64,000 nt of DNA. Origin: Candidatus Spongiisociaceae bacterium. GTDB lineage: Bacteria > Actinomycetota > Acidimicrobiia > Spongiisociales > Spongiisociaceae. This document shows, one piece after another, positions 20,610 to 30,217 of the stretch. A program made the translations under genes and the position numbers. The DNA lies in NCBI GenBank assembly GCA_965219685.1, contig CBDCOH010000002.1:3808001-3872000 (forward strand), in the 5' to 3' direction. Each line of letters starts with the position of its first letter. Position 1 is the stretch's first letter. Below the pieces are notes generated by a model. That model saw nothing but the letters and a program-made list of their open reading frames with translations, was not told the origin of the DNA and did not search any database.

Positions 20610-20651
20610 ATATTAGATTAATCTAGCGATTATAGCGATCTAGTATGGACC

Positions 20652-20689
20652 TCACCATTCACCATTCACTATTCACCATTCACCACTCA
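20652..20689. repeat. Heptamer tandem repeat (CATTCAC) x~5
   Basis: Begins at the stop codon of the minus-strand SDR gene. Confidence 0.85.
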
Positions 20690-21502
20690 GTGAACCTCTT
20701 CGCCGCCGCTCACGTTCAGGGCTTGGCCGGTGGTGAATTCTCCCGCCTCTCCGGCGAGGATGAGGACCGCTCTCGCCACGTCGAGCGGTTGGCCGAGCCG
20801 GCCCATCGGAATCGCGTCGATCCAGCGCTGAATCAGATCCTCCGGAGAGATACCCATCTTCTCCCCGAAGAACTCGAAGTCCTCCTCCATGATGCCGGTC
20901 ACGACGTTGGTGGGGCATAGGCAGTTGACGGTTACCTCGGGGGCAGCTTCCTTGGCGATCGCCTGGGTGAAGCCGATGATCGCTGCTTTCGCGGCGGAGT
21001 AGTGGGCCGTGTATGGGGCGGGCGTCTTGCCCAGCATCGAGGAGAGCGAGATCACCCGACCCCAGCCCGACCTTCTCATACCGGGAAGCAGCGCCCGGGT
21101 CATCAGGTAGGTCCCCCTCAGGCTCACCGCCATCACCGCGTCGAACTCGTTCTCCCTCAGCTCGAGGAAGGGTGCCATGGTGACGATCCCGGCGTTGTTG
21201 ACCAGGATCTGGATGACCCCCGCTGCTCGCACAGCTTCGGAGGCGAACTGCTCCACCTGCTCTTGGTCCGTGACGTCGAAGGCGTAGTGGTCGGCCGAGC
21301 CGCCCTCACCGCGGATCCCCCCGGCAGCGTCCCGTGCGGCAGGCTCGTCGATGTCGGTCACCAGTACATGCGCGCCAGCCGCGGCCAGGATCCGCGCGGT
21401 CTCGCGGCCGATACCCCGCCCCGCGCCGGTGACGACGGCCACCCGCCCATCGAGACGAAGGCTCGGAATCAGGTCCCCGTATGTGACCTCCGAAGCCATC
21501 AC
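20687..21502 (-). CDS. SDR family oxidoreductase
   Basis: TGAGRGIG, NNAG and YSAAK motifs. Confidence 0.92.
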   Translation of the reverse strand: MMASEVTYGDLIPSLRLDGRVAVVTGAGRGIGRETARILAAAGAHVLVTDIDEPAARDAAGGIRGEGGSADHYAFDVTDQEQVEQFASEAVRAAGVIQILVNNAGIVTMAPFLELRENEFDAVMAVSLRGTYLMTRALLPGMRRSGWGRVISLSSMLGKTPAPYTAHYSAAKAAIIGFTQAIAKEAAPEVTVNCLCPTNVVTGIMEEDFEFFGEKMGISPEDLIQRWIDAIPMGRLGQPLDVARAVLILAGEAGEFTTGQALNVSGGEEVH

Positions 21503-21634
21503 CCCAGATTAGGTGTCGGTTGCCGGTAGGCAACTGCGCGTTTGTCGAAAAACAGGTCGCTGTTCCGGCGGATGGCGGCACCTGTCAATAACCTCTATTC
21601 GGACGAACTCACTGCCCGACCAGGGAGAGGTAAG

Positions 21635-22651
21635 TTGCCCGTCTACACAGTTCTCGGACCGATCGAACCCCAGGACCTGGGACCCACAACCATGCACGAG
21701 CACCTGCTCATCAACGCGGTTGATGCGCTGGACGACCCGCACACCGAGACGATCGATCGTCCCATCACGATCGAGCAGATCGGCGACCTCCGCTGGAACG
21801 CGGTCTCGAACAAGTTCAACCTATCGCTCGATGATCCGGAGATCACGGTCGCCGAGTTACGGCGGTTCCATGCGGCGGGAGGCCGGGGGATCGTCGATGT
21901 GACCCCCATCGGTATCGGTCGCCGGGTAGGCGAGTTGCCCGCGATCTCGGAACGGAGCGAGGTGCACATCATGGTGGGATGCGGTTTCTATCGTGGACCG
22001 AGCCACCCCTCCTGGATCGGGCACAAGTCGGCCAAGGATGTGGCGGCCTACCTGGTCGACGAGCTGGACAACGGGCTGGACGGAACCGGCATCCGTCCGG
22101 CGCTCATCGGTGAGATCGGTACTACCGATCCTGTCACCTCCGACGAGTTCAAGGTGCTCCACGGGTCGGCCATCGCCGCAAGCCGCACGGGCGCCGCCAT
22201 CAGCGTTCACCTCGACCCGCAGGGCCAGTACCAGGCCCCGGGGATCCTGGAATGGTTGGCGGGCCACGGGGCGGACCCGTCCCGGATCGTGTTCGGCCAC
22301 TCTGACGAGATCCTCGACCTCGACAACCACCGCAGCTTGATGGAGGCCGGGGCCACCGTCGAGTACGACCTGTTCGGCACCGAGTTCTACTACCCGGGCC
22401 GCGGCAACTACGCCACCGACTACGAGCGGATGGAGGCTGTTGCGCTCCTGGTGTCGGAAGGCTACGCCGACCGGCTGGTCCTCGCCGGCGACGTGCACCT
22501 CAAGATGATGCTCACCGCGTACGGAGGGATGGGCTACGCCCACGTCATGGGAAGGATCGTTCCGTTCCTGAGGAAGGAGTTCGGGCTCGGGTCCCGGGAC
22601 CTGGACCGGATGCTGGTCGAGAATCCCGCCCGCCTGCTCGACCGTCCCTGA
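21635..22651 (+). CDS. Phosphotriesterase-like amidohydrolase (PHP/PTE family)
   Basis: MHEHL, VDVTPIGIGR, IGEIG, GHSD and ENPARLL; TTG 21635 follows the RBS GGGAGAGG. Confidence 0.88.
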   Translation: MPVYTVLGPIEPQDLGPTTMHEHLLINAVDALDDPHTETIDRPITIEQIGDLRWNAVSNKFNLSLDDPEITVAELRRFHAAGGRGIVDVTPIGIGRRVGELPAISERSEVHIMVGCGFYRGPSHPSWIGHKSAKDVAAYLVDELDNGLDGTGIRPALIGEIGTTDPVTSDEFKVLHGSAIAASRTGAAISVHLDPQGQYQAPGILEWLAGHGADPSRIVFGHSDEILDLDNHRSLMEAGATVEYDLFGTEFYYPGRGNYATDYERMEAVALLVSEGYADRLVLAGDVHLKMMLTAYGGMGYAHVMGRIVPFLRKEFGLGSRDLDRMLVENPARLLDRP

Positions 22652-22771
22652 CCCCACGGGGTCCGATCAGGGGCGCCATGTCCGGGCGTCCTGTCTGGTC
22701 CGCGGCGACGGACGACACCAGCATCGTTAAGGGTCTTGTCACGGCCTACATGGTGATGTATATCTCACGTT

Positions 22772-23104
22772 ATGAGTAGATGGAAATATACATTGATGAT
22801 TCCTGACTTCCCCCATGCGGGACTCGCCAAGCAACTACCCGACACGATGCACGCGGAGATCAGAGCTCAGCAACAGGTGGGCAAGGAGCTCTACCATCAC
22901 CTACGCCGCAAGCACCAGGGGCACTTCCTGAGTGCGGAGGCGGCCGAAGTGATAGCAGGAGTTGCCACGACGCTCCTCGGTACGGCTCTGGTGCTGGAGG
23001 GTTGCGGGCTCCCGATACCTCCCGAGTTGTCGGTGGTGGTCTCGCAGCAGCCGAGCGAGGATGGAGCCGACCGCCGAGTTCGCCGCGGGTCGGCATCGGA
23101 GTAA
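22772..23104 (+). CDS. Hypothetical protein
   Basis: ORF preceded by TTGTCA-N17-TATATC; no family recognised. Confidence 0.5.
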   Translation: MSRWKYTLMIPDFPHAGLAKQLPDTMHAEIRAQQQVGKELYHHLRRKHQGHFLSAEAAEVIAGVATTLLGTALVLEGCGLPIPPELSVVVSQQPSEDGADRRVRRGSASE

Positions 23105-23119
23105 CGTGGTCGCCGGCTT

Positions 23120-23764
23120 ATGGCGATACGTGCAGTTGTGTTCGACTTCGGAGGCGTGGTCATCCGGACGCCGTTCGAGATGGCCCCCGGCCTCGAGCGG
23201 CGGCTCGGGCTGGCGACCGGCAGCATCGACCTGGCCGGGCCCTTCGACCCCGGCGCGGATCCACTGTGGCGTAGATTCCGGGCCGGGGAGTTCACCGAAC
23301 TCGCATACTGGCAGCGCCAAGCCGACCGCCACGCCGAGATGATCGGCGCGGGGGAGGACCGCCTGCGGAGCCTGATGGATGCCCTCTTCGAAGCACCGCG
23401 GCACGAGGTCCTCCGGCCCGACACCTGGCAGTTACGCCGGACGCTGATCGCCGGCGGCCTGCGCGTGGCGGCGCTGACCAACGACCTCAGCCGCTTCCAC
23501 GACCCTGCCTGGATCGAACGCATGGACGTGCTCGACAAGTTCGATCCGTTCGTGGACCTATCCAACACCGGCATCCTCAAGCCCGACCCGAGGGGATACC
23601 GCCGCGTGCTCGCCGGCCTGCACGTCGCAGCCGAACAGGTGCTCTTCGTCGACGACCAACCCGTCAACATCGAAGGCGCCGAAAATGTAGGTATGCAAGC
23701 CGTCCACTTCGATGTCCTCGACCGCCCTGCCTCGATCAGGCAGGTTCTGGAAGCGACCTCGTGA
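23120..23764 (+). CDS. HAD-superfamily hydrolase (IA)
   Basis: FDFGGV, LTND, KPDPR and FVDD motifs. Confidence 0.9.
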   Translation: MAIRAVVFDFGGVVIRTPFEMAPGLERRLGLATGSIDLAGPFDPGADPLWRRFRAGEFTELAYWQRQADRHAEMIGAGEDRLRSLMDALFEAPRHEVLRPDTWQLRRTLIAGGLRVAALTNDLSRFHDPAWIERMDVLDKFDPFVDLSNTGILKPDPRGYRRVLAGLHVAAEQVLFVDDQPVNIEGAENVGMQAVHFDVLDRPASIRQVLEATS

Positions 23765-23895
23765 GTGGTGAGTGGTGAGTGGTGAGTGGTGAGTGGTGAG
23801 TGGTGAGTGGTGAGTGGTGAGTGGTGAGTGGTGAGTGGTGAGTGGTGAATGGTGAATGGTGAGTGGTGAATGGTGAATGGTGAGTGGTGAATGGT
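23761..23895. repeat. Heptamer tandem repeat (GTGARTG) x~19
   Basis: The HAD gene's stop codon TGA lies inside the first unit. Confidence 0.95.
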
Positions 23896-23935
23896 AGCAT
23901 ACCCTTATCAAGCTGTATCATCGGACAACTAGCAA

Positions 23936-25528
23936 CTAGCCACTAACTGGCGTCGGGTCTGCCCAATCCGGGCTGTTGACCTCGTCGAAGAGTCGGGTGA
24001 TCTCGTCGGAGGGGGGAGAGGTCGCCAGGGTCACCGCGACGGCCAGGAGCGTTGCGGCCACTACGCCCGGGACGGCCGGGTTGATCTCCCACAGACCGAT
24101 CTCCTGGAGGTTCCTGACCGTGGCAGCGAACCCGAGAGACTCGGTCAGGTTGAGCAGTCCCTGGTTGCCCAGGTCCATCAGCCACCAGAAGGTGGATACC
24201 AGGGTGCCAGATATGAGGCCGGTGAAGGCCCCGGCCAGGTTGAAGCGCCTCCAATACAGGGCTAGGACCGTGACCGGGCCGAAGGCTGCGCCCATGCCTC
24301 CCCAGGCGAGCGAAACGAGGGCGAAGACCGAGTCCGGGGAGACGATCGAGACCACAGCTGCCAGCGCACCGATCGTAACGAGCAGCAACCTCCCCATTGC
24401 TACCCTTCCCCCGGTTCGCATTTGCTCGGTGATCCGCTTGAACCAGGGCACGTCGCTCGAAGCGATGGCGGAAGCCAGCAGCAGTTGCGAGTCGGCGGTG
24501 CTCATGACGGCCGCTACCACGCCGGTCAGCAGCAGGCCGCCCACGATGGGGTGGAAGAAGACCGACGAGACCACAAGGTAGAGCCGTTCGGCGTCGGGAA
24601 TGCCCACTCCTCGGGCGGCCAACGCCGGGGCGGCGACCAATCCCATCAACAGCCCCAAGAAGAACATGAGGCCACCCCATCCCACGGCTATGTACGTACT
24701 CTGAGGGATCTGGCCTTCGTCCTTCATCGCCATGAACCGCGCCAGGAGGCGGAGAGATCCGAAGCTGCCCAGTCCCCAGCCGAGGGCAGAAACGTAGGTC
24801 AGCAAGCCCAGCGTGTCGCCGCCCGTGTCGGTGAACGGGTTCCAGAATCCCGGAGCCGCCGACCCGAGGCCCTCGAAGGGGTTGCTGCTGATCAGCATGA
24901 GCGTCACGGGGATGATGGCGAAGCCGCCCAACATGATCAGCGCCTGGAACACATCCGTGCGCGAGACGGCGAGGAACCCCCCTATGAAGGTATACGAGAG
25001 GACCGCCAACAGGGTGATGAGGATTGCCATGTCGTGGCCGGCGCCGGCGCGGTCCAGATCGAACACCTCCCTGAGGAGCTTGGCGCCCGAGATCAGCCCT
25101 GAGCAGACGTAGAGCGTGATGAAGTAGAGGCTGACCATGGCTGCCAGCCCCCGCAACGCGCCGGTGGAGTCACCGAAGCGCTTCTCCCAGAACTCAGGGA
25201 TCGTCAGCGAATTGTCCGCGCTGATGGTGTACCGCCGCAGCCGCTTGGCGGTGACGATCCAGGCGAGCCACATGCCCAAGACGATCCAGACTGCGGTCCA
25301 GAGATGCATCAGACCGCCGGCGAATGCCAGCGCCGGAAGCACCAGCATGGTCCAGCCACTCGCAGAGGACGAACCGGCGCTGAGGGCAGCCGTGAAGCTA
25401 CCGAGCCGGCGGCCACCTAGGACGTAGTCGCCCATGTTCGCCATGTGGCCCGACCGCTGCACAGCAATACCGATGAGAATTGCGAAGTACAGGGCGAAGA
25501 CGATCAGTATCCAGACCCATTCAGCCAT
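23936..25528 (-). CDS. putP: Sodium/proline symporter (SSS family)
   Basis: DYVLGGRRLG, ALSAGSS..SGW, AVSRTDVFQ, AAVMSTADSQLL, AWGGMGAAFGP; about 13 TM segments. Confidence 0.88.
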   Translation of the reverse strand: MAEWVWILIVFALYFAILIGIAVQRSGHMANMGDYVLGGRRLGSFTAALSAGSSSASGWTMLVLPALAFAGGLMHLWTAVWIVLGMWLAWIVTAKRLRRYTISADNSLTIPEFWEKRFGDSTGALRGLAAMVSLYFITLYVCSGLISGAKLLREVFDLDRAGAGHDMAILITLLAVLSYTFIGGFLAVSRTDVFQALIMLGGFAIIPVTLMLISSNPFEGLGSAAPGFWNPFTDTGGDTLGLLTYVSALGWGLGSFGSLRLLARFMAMKDEGQIPQSTYIAVGWGGLMFFLGLLMGLVAAPALAARGVGIPDAERLYLVVSSVFFHPIVGGLLLTGVVAAVMSTADSQLLLASAIASSDVPWFKRITEQMRTGGRVAMGRLLLVTIGALAAVVSIVSPDSVFALVSLAWGGMGAAFGPVTVLALYWRRFNLAGAFTGLISGTLVSTFWWLMDLGNQGLLNLTESLGFAATVRNLQEIGLWEINPAVPGVVAATLLAVAVTLATSPPSDEITRLFDEVNSPDWADPTPVSG

Positions 25529-25698
25529 GTGAAGGCCCCCTGCATTGGTTAGCAGTCGATCCCGAGGACGCTGGGCGAGGCCGCACCGAGGCCCCACGTA
25601 GGGTTCGGGATCGTCCCAGTATACGGCCACTTTGCTGCTGGTTCCGCGACGGTTGGCAGGGTCCTCACCCCTCCCCGAGATCCCTCAGGAGGCGCGCT

Positions 25699-25769
25699 CA
25701 ACTCGCGGTGATATCGGTGTGGTCGACGAAGAAGCCGGGCATGCCGACGGCTTCGGCGCCTCGATGTTG
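25699..25769 (-). repeat. Degenerate duplicate (~70 bp) of the 3' part of the HAD gene at 26704-26775
   Basis: CAACTCGCGG-GAT-TCGGTGTGGTCGA-GAAGAAGCCGGGCATGCCGACGGCTTCGGCGCC is shared, with a few substitutions and a 1-nt deletion. Confidence 0.85.
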
Positions 25770-25825
25770 GCAATCCGTTTCGTCCGCGAACAGGCGCCGG
25801 CTTCGGGACGTATCCTCCGGCCGGT

Positions 25826-26221
25826 TCACACCTCGACTATCCGAGCGCGTGTATCCAGCACTGAGAGCAGTACACCCAACTCATCGGAATCGGACGTCAA
25901 CAACGTGACCTCCTCGCCTGAACGCTGAGCGTACGCCACCGCGAGCGCGACAGACGCATCGATCACATCGCTCGTCGTCGCTCGGCCACATAGTTGGCCG
26001 CCGGCGCGAGCCGTCGCTCCGTCGAGATCGACCTCGTTGCATCGCTTGAGCGTTCGCGATAGCAGCACTTGACGGTCCGGGTTCCTCCATGCCTGTCCGA
26101 TCACGCCGGTGGGAACATCAACGACTTCGCCCCTGTCGAAAGCAACTTTGAGCGCGGACAGAACTTCTTGGTTGCCGCGATCCACCTGGATCAGGGCGCC
26201 GGCATCGAGCACCAGGGTCAC
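25826..26221 (-). CDS. vapC: PIN-domain (VapC-like) toxin
   Basis: LVLDAGALI, DVIDASV and LTSDSDEL acidic PIN motifs; 131 aa. Confidence 0.85.
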   Translation of the reverse strand: MTLVLDAGALIQVDRGNQEVLSALKVAFDRGEVVDVPTGVIGQAWRNPDRQVLLSRTLKRCNEVDLDGATARAGGQLCGRATTSDVIDASVALAVAYAQRSGEEVTLLTSDSDELGVLLSVLDTRARIVEV

Positions 26222-26224
26222 GGT

Positions 26225-26602
26225 CTACCTACCAAGGATGGCGCGACCCCGCCGGAGCTGCTCCTCGGTGAACGCCCCGTTCTCGGCCTGCCACTCCTCC
26301 ATCAGCTTGCGGAAGCCCTCCGCCGCCTCACGCTGCCACTCCGGATTGTTGCGGAGACTGTTCGGGTTCCGGTCAGCCGCTTCAAAGGCCTTCTCCATGA
26401 GGTCGGCCAGCACGGGATCCTCAGGGCCGCCCATGCTGATGATCTGGATAGCTACGAGACCTGAAGGCTGTGGTGGCCCGGCAGGCCGCTGGTCAGCCCG
26501 ATCCGCCTGATCCCCATCCTTGTTGCCACCGGGCGCATCGGGCATCCGCGAAGGCCCCGAGATGCCGTCATCCAAAGAGTCGGCAACAACTGTGGTGTCC
26601 AT
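26225..26602 (-). CDS. Putative antitoxin
   Basis: Directly upstream of the PIN gene; C-terminus LMEEWQAENGAFTEEQL resembles actinobacterial VapB-type tails. Start uncertain. Confidence 0.6.
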   Translation of the reverse strand: MDTTVVADSLDDGISGPSRMPDAPGGNKDGDQADRADQRPAGPPQPSGLVAIQIISMGGPEDPVLADLMEKAFEAADRNPNSLRNNPEWQREAAEGFRKLMEEWQAENGAFTEEQLRRGRAILGR

Positions 26603-26642
26603 GAACGACAACATACACGGTCATGATGAAAATTTCTATACG

Positions 26643-27299
26643 CTAGTTAGCGCTTTGTAGTCTCTCAGCCTTTCCGAGGCCCAAGTAGCTCACGAGGCCG
26701 GCGCAACTCGCGGCGATGTCGGTGTGGTCGAAGAAGAAGCCGGGCATGCCGACGGCTTCGGCGCCTTCGATGTTGACCGCCATGTCGTCCACGAACAGGC
26801 ACTCGGCGACGTCGAGACCCATGCGTTCGGCGGTGGACACATACGTGAGGGGGTGCGGTTTGCGGACCCCGAGGGTTACCACGTCGATGACATGTTCGAA
26901 CAGGTGGGCGTAGGGCCACGAGTCCCACCATCCGTATCCCAGCCACTCGCTCGAATCGTTGGAGAGGGTGGCCTGGCGGAACCGGCGGCCAAGCGTCTCG
27001 ATGGTGGCCATCACCTCCGGCCGCTCGGTGCCCTCCCAGTCGATCTCTCGCTTGAGATCGAGCGGGTAGCCACGTGCGGCGCTGTCCCGCTGGTATCTCT
27101 TCCAGTACTGGCCCTCAGTTAGCTCCCCAGTAGAGCACTTCGCGTAGTCGGTGTCCCCTTCGGCCGAGAAGGGTCCCCTTGGCAGCGTTCCCGGCGGCCA
27201 TCCCCTAGACGCTTCCAACCGGTCGAGCAGCTCGAAGGGGGTGGGGTAGAGGATCCCGCCCATGTCCCAGATGACGGCCCGGAGGTCAGCGGTCCCCAC
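26643..27299 (-). CDS. HAD-superfamily phosphatase
   Basis: WDMGGIL, LSND, RKPHP and FVDD motifs; last gene of the meta-cleavage operon. Confidence 0.88.
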   Translation of the reverse strand: MGTADLRAVIWDMGGILYPTPFELLDRLEASRGWPPGTLPRGPFSAEGDTDYAKCSTGELTEGQYWKRYQRDSAARGYPLDLKREIDWEGTERPEVMATIETLGRRFRQATLSNDSSEWLGYGWWDSWPYAHLFEHVIDVVTLGVRKPHPLTYVSTAERMGLDVAECLFVDDMAVNIEGAEAVGMPGFFFDHTDIAASCAGLVSYLGLGKAERLQSAN

Positions 27300-27669
27300 G
27301 TTCCCACTCCCGGGCGTGGTCCAGCAGCATCTCGCGCATGGAGCGGGCCGGCCCCGCCTCGGGGAGTTCGACCAGCACCGTGCCGGACTCGAGCCGTACC
27401 GGGTAGGAGCGGAGTTGGAGTTCGGGTTCGCCGCACTTGGCGCCGGTGGCGGCGTCGTAGCGCCAGAAGTGGAGCGGACAGGTGATGACCCCGTCCTTGA
27501 CCAGCCCGCCGGTCAGCGGGGACGCCTGATGGAGGCACTCGTTCCGGTATGCGTACGCACGGTCGCCGATCCGCACGACGACCGCCCGACCTCCGGCGAC
27601 GGCCACGCAACTGTTCGATGGAAGGTCCTGCAGTGCGCCGGCGCTAACCGTCGGCATCGTCAGACCCAA
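27286..27669 (-). CDS. Rieske [2Fe-2S] ferredoxin
   Basis: CLH...CPLH Rieske ligands; about 120 aa. Confidence 0.9.
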   Translation of the reverse strand: MGLTMPTVSAGALQDLPSNSCVAVAGGRAVVVRIGDRAYAYRNECLHQASPLTGGLVKDGVITCPLHFWRYDAATGAKCGEPELQLRSYPVRLESGTVLVELPEAGPARSMREMLLDHAREWERGDR

Positions 27670-27673
27670 CGCC

Positions 27674-29125
27674 CTAATCGTCCAGCTTCATGACCACGGC
27701 CTTGGACTCGGTGAAGAACTCGTAGCTGTAGTCGCCGCCCTCCCGGCCGACTCCCGAGTCCCCGTAGCCGCCGAAGGGCGCCCTCAGGTCCCGGACGAAG
27801 AAGCAGTTCACCCACATGGTGCCTGCCCTCACCTCTCGGGCCACCTTGTGGGCGGTGTTCACGTTGGTGGTCCAGACCATTCCCGCCAAGCCGTAGCGGG
27901 TGGCGTTGGCCACTTCGATGGCCTCGTCGATATCGTCGAAGGGGATCACCATCTCCACCGGCCCGAAGATCTCGTCCTGGCAGGAGCGCATGTGGTTGTC
28001 GGCGTCGGCGAAGACGGTGGGGGCCACGTAGTTGCCCCTGGCGAGTTCCCCGTCCGTGATCCGGTAACCGCCTGTCATCAGCTTGGCGCCCTCCTCGACG
28101 GCCAAGTCGATGTACGACAGGACCTTCTCCATGTGTTCGGCCGACACGAGCGGTCCCATCCCGGTGCGGGGATCGAGCGGGTTGCCCACCACGTAGCGGT
28201 CGGCTCCATCCACCATTCGGGCCACGAACTCGTCGTATATGGGGCGCTCCACTAGGAGTCGTGCCCCGGCCAGGCACACCTCGCCCTGGTTCGTGAAGAT
28301 GCCCTTCAGCGATCCGGCCACGGCCTTGTCGAGGTCGGCGTCGGCGCACACGATGTTGGGCGAGTTGCCGCCCAACTCGAAGGACAGCTTCTTCAGGGTG
28401 GGAGCGGCGGTGGCCATGATGGCCTTGCCGGTGGCGGACTCGCCGGTGAAGGTGATGGCGTCGACGTCGGCATGGGCCACCAGCGCTTCGCCGGCCTCCC
28501 CCGGTCCGAAGCCATGGACCACGTTGAACACTCCATCGGGCACCCCGGCGTCGCGGCAGATCTCAGCCAACAGGGTGGCGGTGACGGGCGACTGCTCGGC
28601 GGGCTTGGCCACCACCGTGCAACCGTAGGCGAGCGCCGGAGCCACCTTCCAGCTCAGGAGCATCAGCGGGAAGTTCCAGGGTGAGATGGCGCCCACCACC
28701 CCCAGCGGTTCCCGCAGCTCGTAGGTGAGCACCCCGTCCCACGGCTTGGAGAAGGCCTTCGTCGCGGCGTGCTCGGCCGCCTCCGCGAAGAACCGGAAGT
28801 TGTGGGCCGATCTCGGCATGTCCTTGGTGCGGGCCGCACCGATCGGCTTGCCCATGTCGCGGACCTCCCAGCGGGCCAGCTCGTCGAGACGGGCCTCGAT
28901 GCCCTCGGCGACCCGGAACAGGATCCTGCGCCGCTCAGCGGGGTCCATCGCTCCCCAGGCCGGGAAGGCCTCGCGGGCAGCCCGGACGGCCCGTCCCACG
29001 TCGATGTCGTCCCCCCTGGCCACGGTGGCGATCGGTTTGTTGTCGATCGGGCTGATCGATTCGAAGGTCTCGCCGGAGGACGGGTCGGTGAACTCGCCCC
29101 CGATGAAGTGCCGTAACGTGATCAT
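27674..29125 (-). CDS. dmpC: 2-hydroxymuconic semialdehyde dehydrogenase
   Basis: ISPWNFPL, VHGFGP, FTGES, ELGG, NQGEVC, EIFGP, and WVNCFFVRDLRAPFGG. Confidence 0.88.
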   Translation of the reverse strand: MITLRHFIGGEFTDPSSGETFESISPIDNKPIATVARGDDIDVGRAVRAAREAFPAWGAMDPAERRRILFRVAEGIEARLDELARWEVRDMGKPIGAARTKDMPRSAHNFRFFAEAAEHAATKAFSKPWDGVLTYELREPLGVVGAISPWNFPLMLLSWKVAPALAYGCTVVAKPAEQSPVTATLLAEICRDAGVPDGVFNVVHGFGPGEAGEALVAHADVDAITFTGESATGKAIMATAAPTLKKLSFELGGNSPNIVCADADLDKAVAGSLKGIFTNQGEVCLAGARLLVERPIYDEFVARMVDGADRYVVGNPLDPRTGMGPLVSAEHMEKVLSYIDLAVEEGAKLMTGGYRITDGELARGNYVAPTVFADADNHMRSCQDEIFGPVEMVIPFDDIDEAIEVANATRYGLAGMVWTTNVNTAHKVAREVRAGTMWVNCFFVRDLRAPFGGYGDSGVGREGGDYSYEFFTESKAVVMKLDD

Positions 29126-29367
29126 CCTGGTTCCTCCTGGGCTTCGGTCGCTTCTCGGGTCGCGGCGGCGCGTCGTTCGGCCATCACCACCGAAGAGGGA
29201 CGCCCGCCGATCCCGAACGTGTGAGCCGGCATCTCGTTGACCATGACCCGCACTGTCTCGATGGGGGCGTCGAGGCTGATCGCAGCTGCCTCTGACACGC
29301 TGGTGATCATCTTCTCGATCGTCTCCTGCGGGCGGCCCTCCAACAGGTTGACGGTGATTATCGGCAT
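29122..29367 (-). CDS. dmpI: 4-oxalocrotonate tautomerase
   Basis: Catalytic N-terminal Pro (MPIITVNLLEGR), VRV and FGIGG. Confidence 0.92.
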   Translation of the reverse strand: MPIITVNLLEGRPQETIEKMITSVSEAAAISLDAPIETVRVMVNEMPAHTFGIGGRPSSVVMAERRAAATREATEAQEEPG

Positions 29368-29410
29368 CTCGGCTCCTCTGTGGTCATGGCGGTTCCGGCT
29401 CCCGGCTCTG

Positions 29411-30217
29411 CTAGTCGCTTACTTTCATGGACGCGCTACCCAAACGGTCGATCTCGATGACAACGTGGGTGCCGGGGTCGAGTTCGATGGGACCCGTAAG
29501 TCCACCGGAGATCACCAGTTGGCCTGCCGCGAGGCCCCGGCCGGACAGAGCCAGGCGGCGGACGAGCCAGGCAACGCTGGCAGCCGGATGCCCGTACGCC
29601 GCGGCTCCCGAAGACGTGTAGAGAAGTTGACCGTTCAAAGTCACGACCACCCCGACCCTCGACAGGTCGAAGACCGGTCTCGTTGCCCGGGTTCCCAGCA
29701 CCACCTTTCCCGCCGATGAGTTGTCGGCGGTGTTGTCCAGCGCCCGGAACCGGAAGTCCATGAACCGGGAGTCGACCACTTCGATGATCGGCACCACGTA
29801 TGCGGTGGCGGAGAGCACCTGCTCGGCGGAGACGCCGGGGCCGGAAACGTCCTCGCCCAGGACGAAGGCGATCTCAGGCTCCGCCTTCGGGTGGATCAAC
29901 TCCCCCAGGGACACTCTCCCGTCGGAGACGATCATCGGGTCGGTCAGCCACCCGAAGTTGGGAGAGTCCACTCCCAGCGCCTTCTGCATTGCGGCGGAGG
30001 TGAAACCGAGCTTGGCGCCCACCACCCGCTCGCCCCGGTCCACTCTCAGTTGCATGCCCCTTTCCGCGATGGCATAGGCCGCCCCTTCGGTGAAGTCGGG
30101 GTATTCGTCGGTCAGCCTGGTGGTGGGGATCCGGGAGAGGCGAGCCTGGTCGAGCCGGTCTGCAAGGTTCCCGATCGTGTCCGGATCGAGACGCTGCAGA
30201 CCGGTGGAGTCGTTCAT
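29411..30217 (-). CDS. 2-keto-4-pentenoate hydratase / 4-oxalocrotonate decarboxylase family protein (third paralog)
   Basis: KLGFTS, PKAEPEIAF, EVVDSRF and ADNSS; ATG 30217 overlaps the upstream stop. Confidence 0.85.
   Translation of the reverse strand: MNDSTGLQRLDPDTIGNLADRLDQARLSRIPTTRLTDEYPDFTEGAAYAIAERGMQLRVDRGERVVGAKLGFTSAAMQKALGVDSPNFGWLTDPMIVSDGRVSLGELIHPKAEPEIAFVLGEDVSGPGVSAEQVLSATAYVVPIIEVVDSRFMDFRFRALDNTADNSSAGKVVLGTRATRPVFDLSRVGVVVTLNGQLLYTSSGAAAYGHPAASVAWLVRRLALSGRGLAAGQLVISGGLTGPIELDPGTHVVIEIDRLGSASMKVSD

Noticed and set aside
23761-23895. Possible CRISPR array or HHSPLTT-repeat protein (ORFs 23558-23911, 23736-23921)
   Set aside because: Pure 7-mer tandem repeat with no spacers and no cas genes; the ORFs are just the stop-free strand of the repeat.
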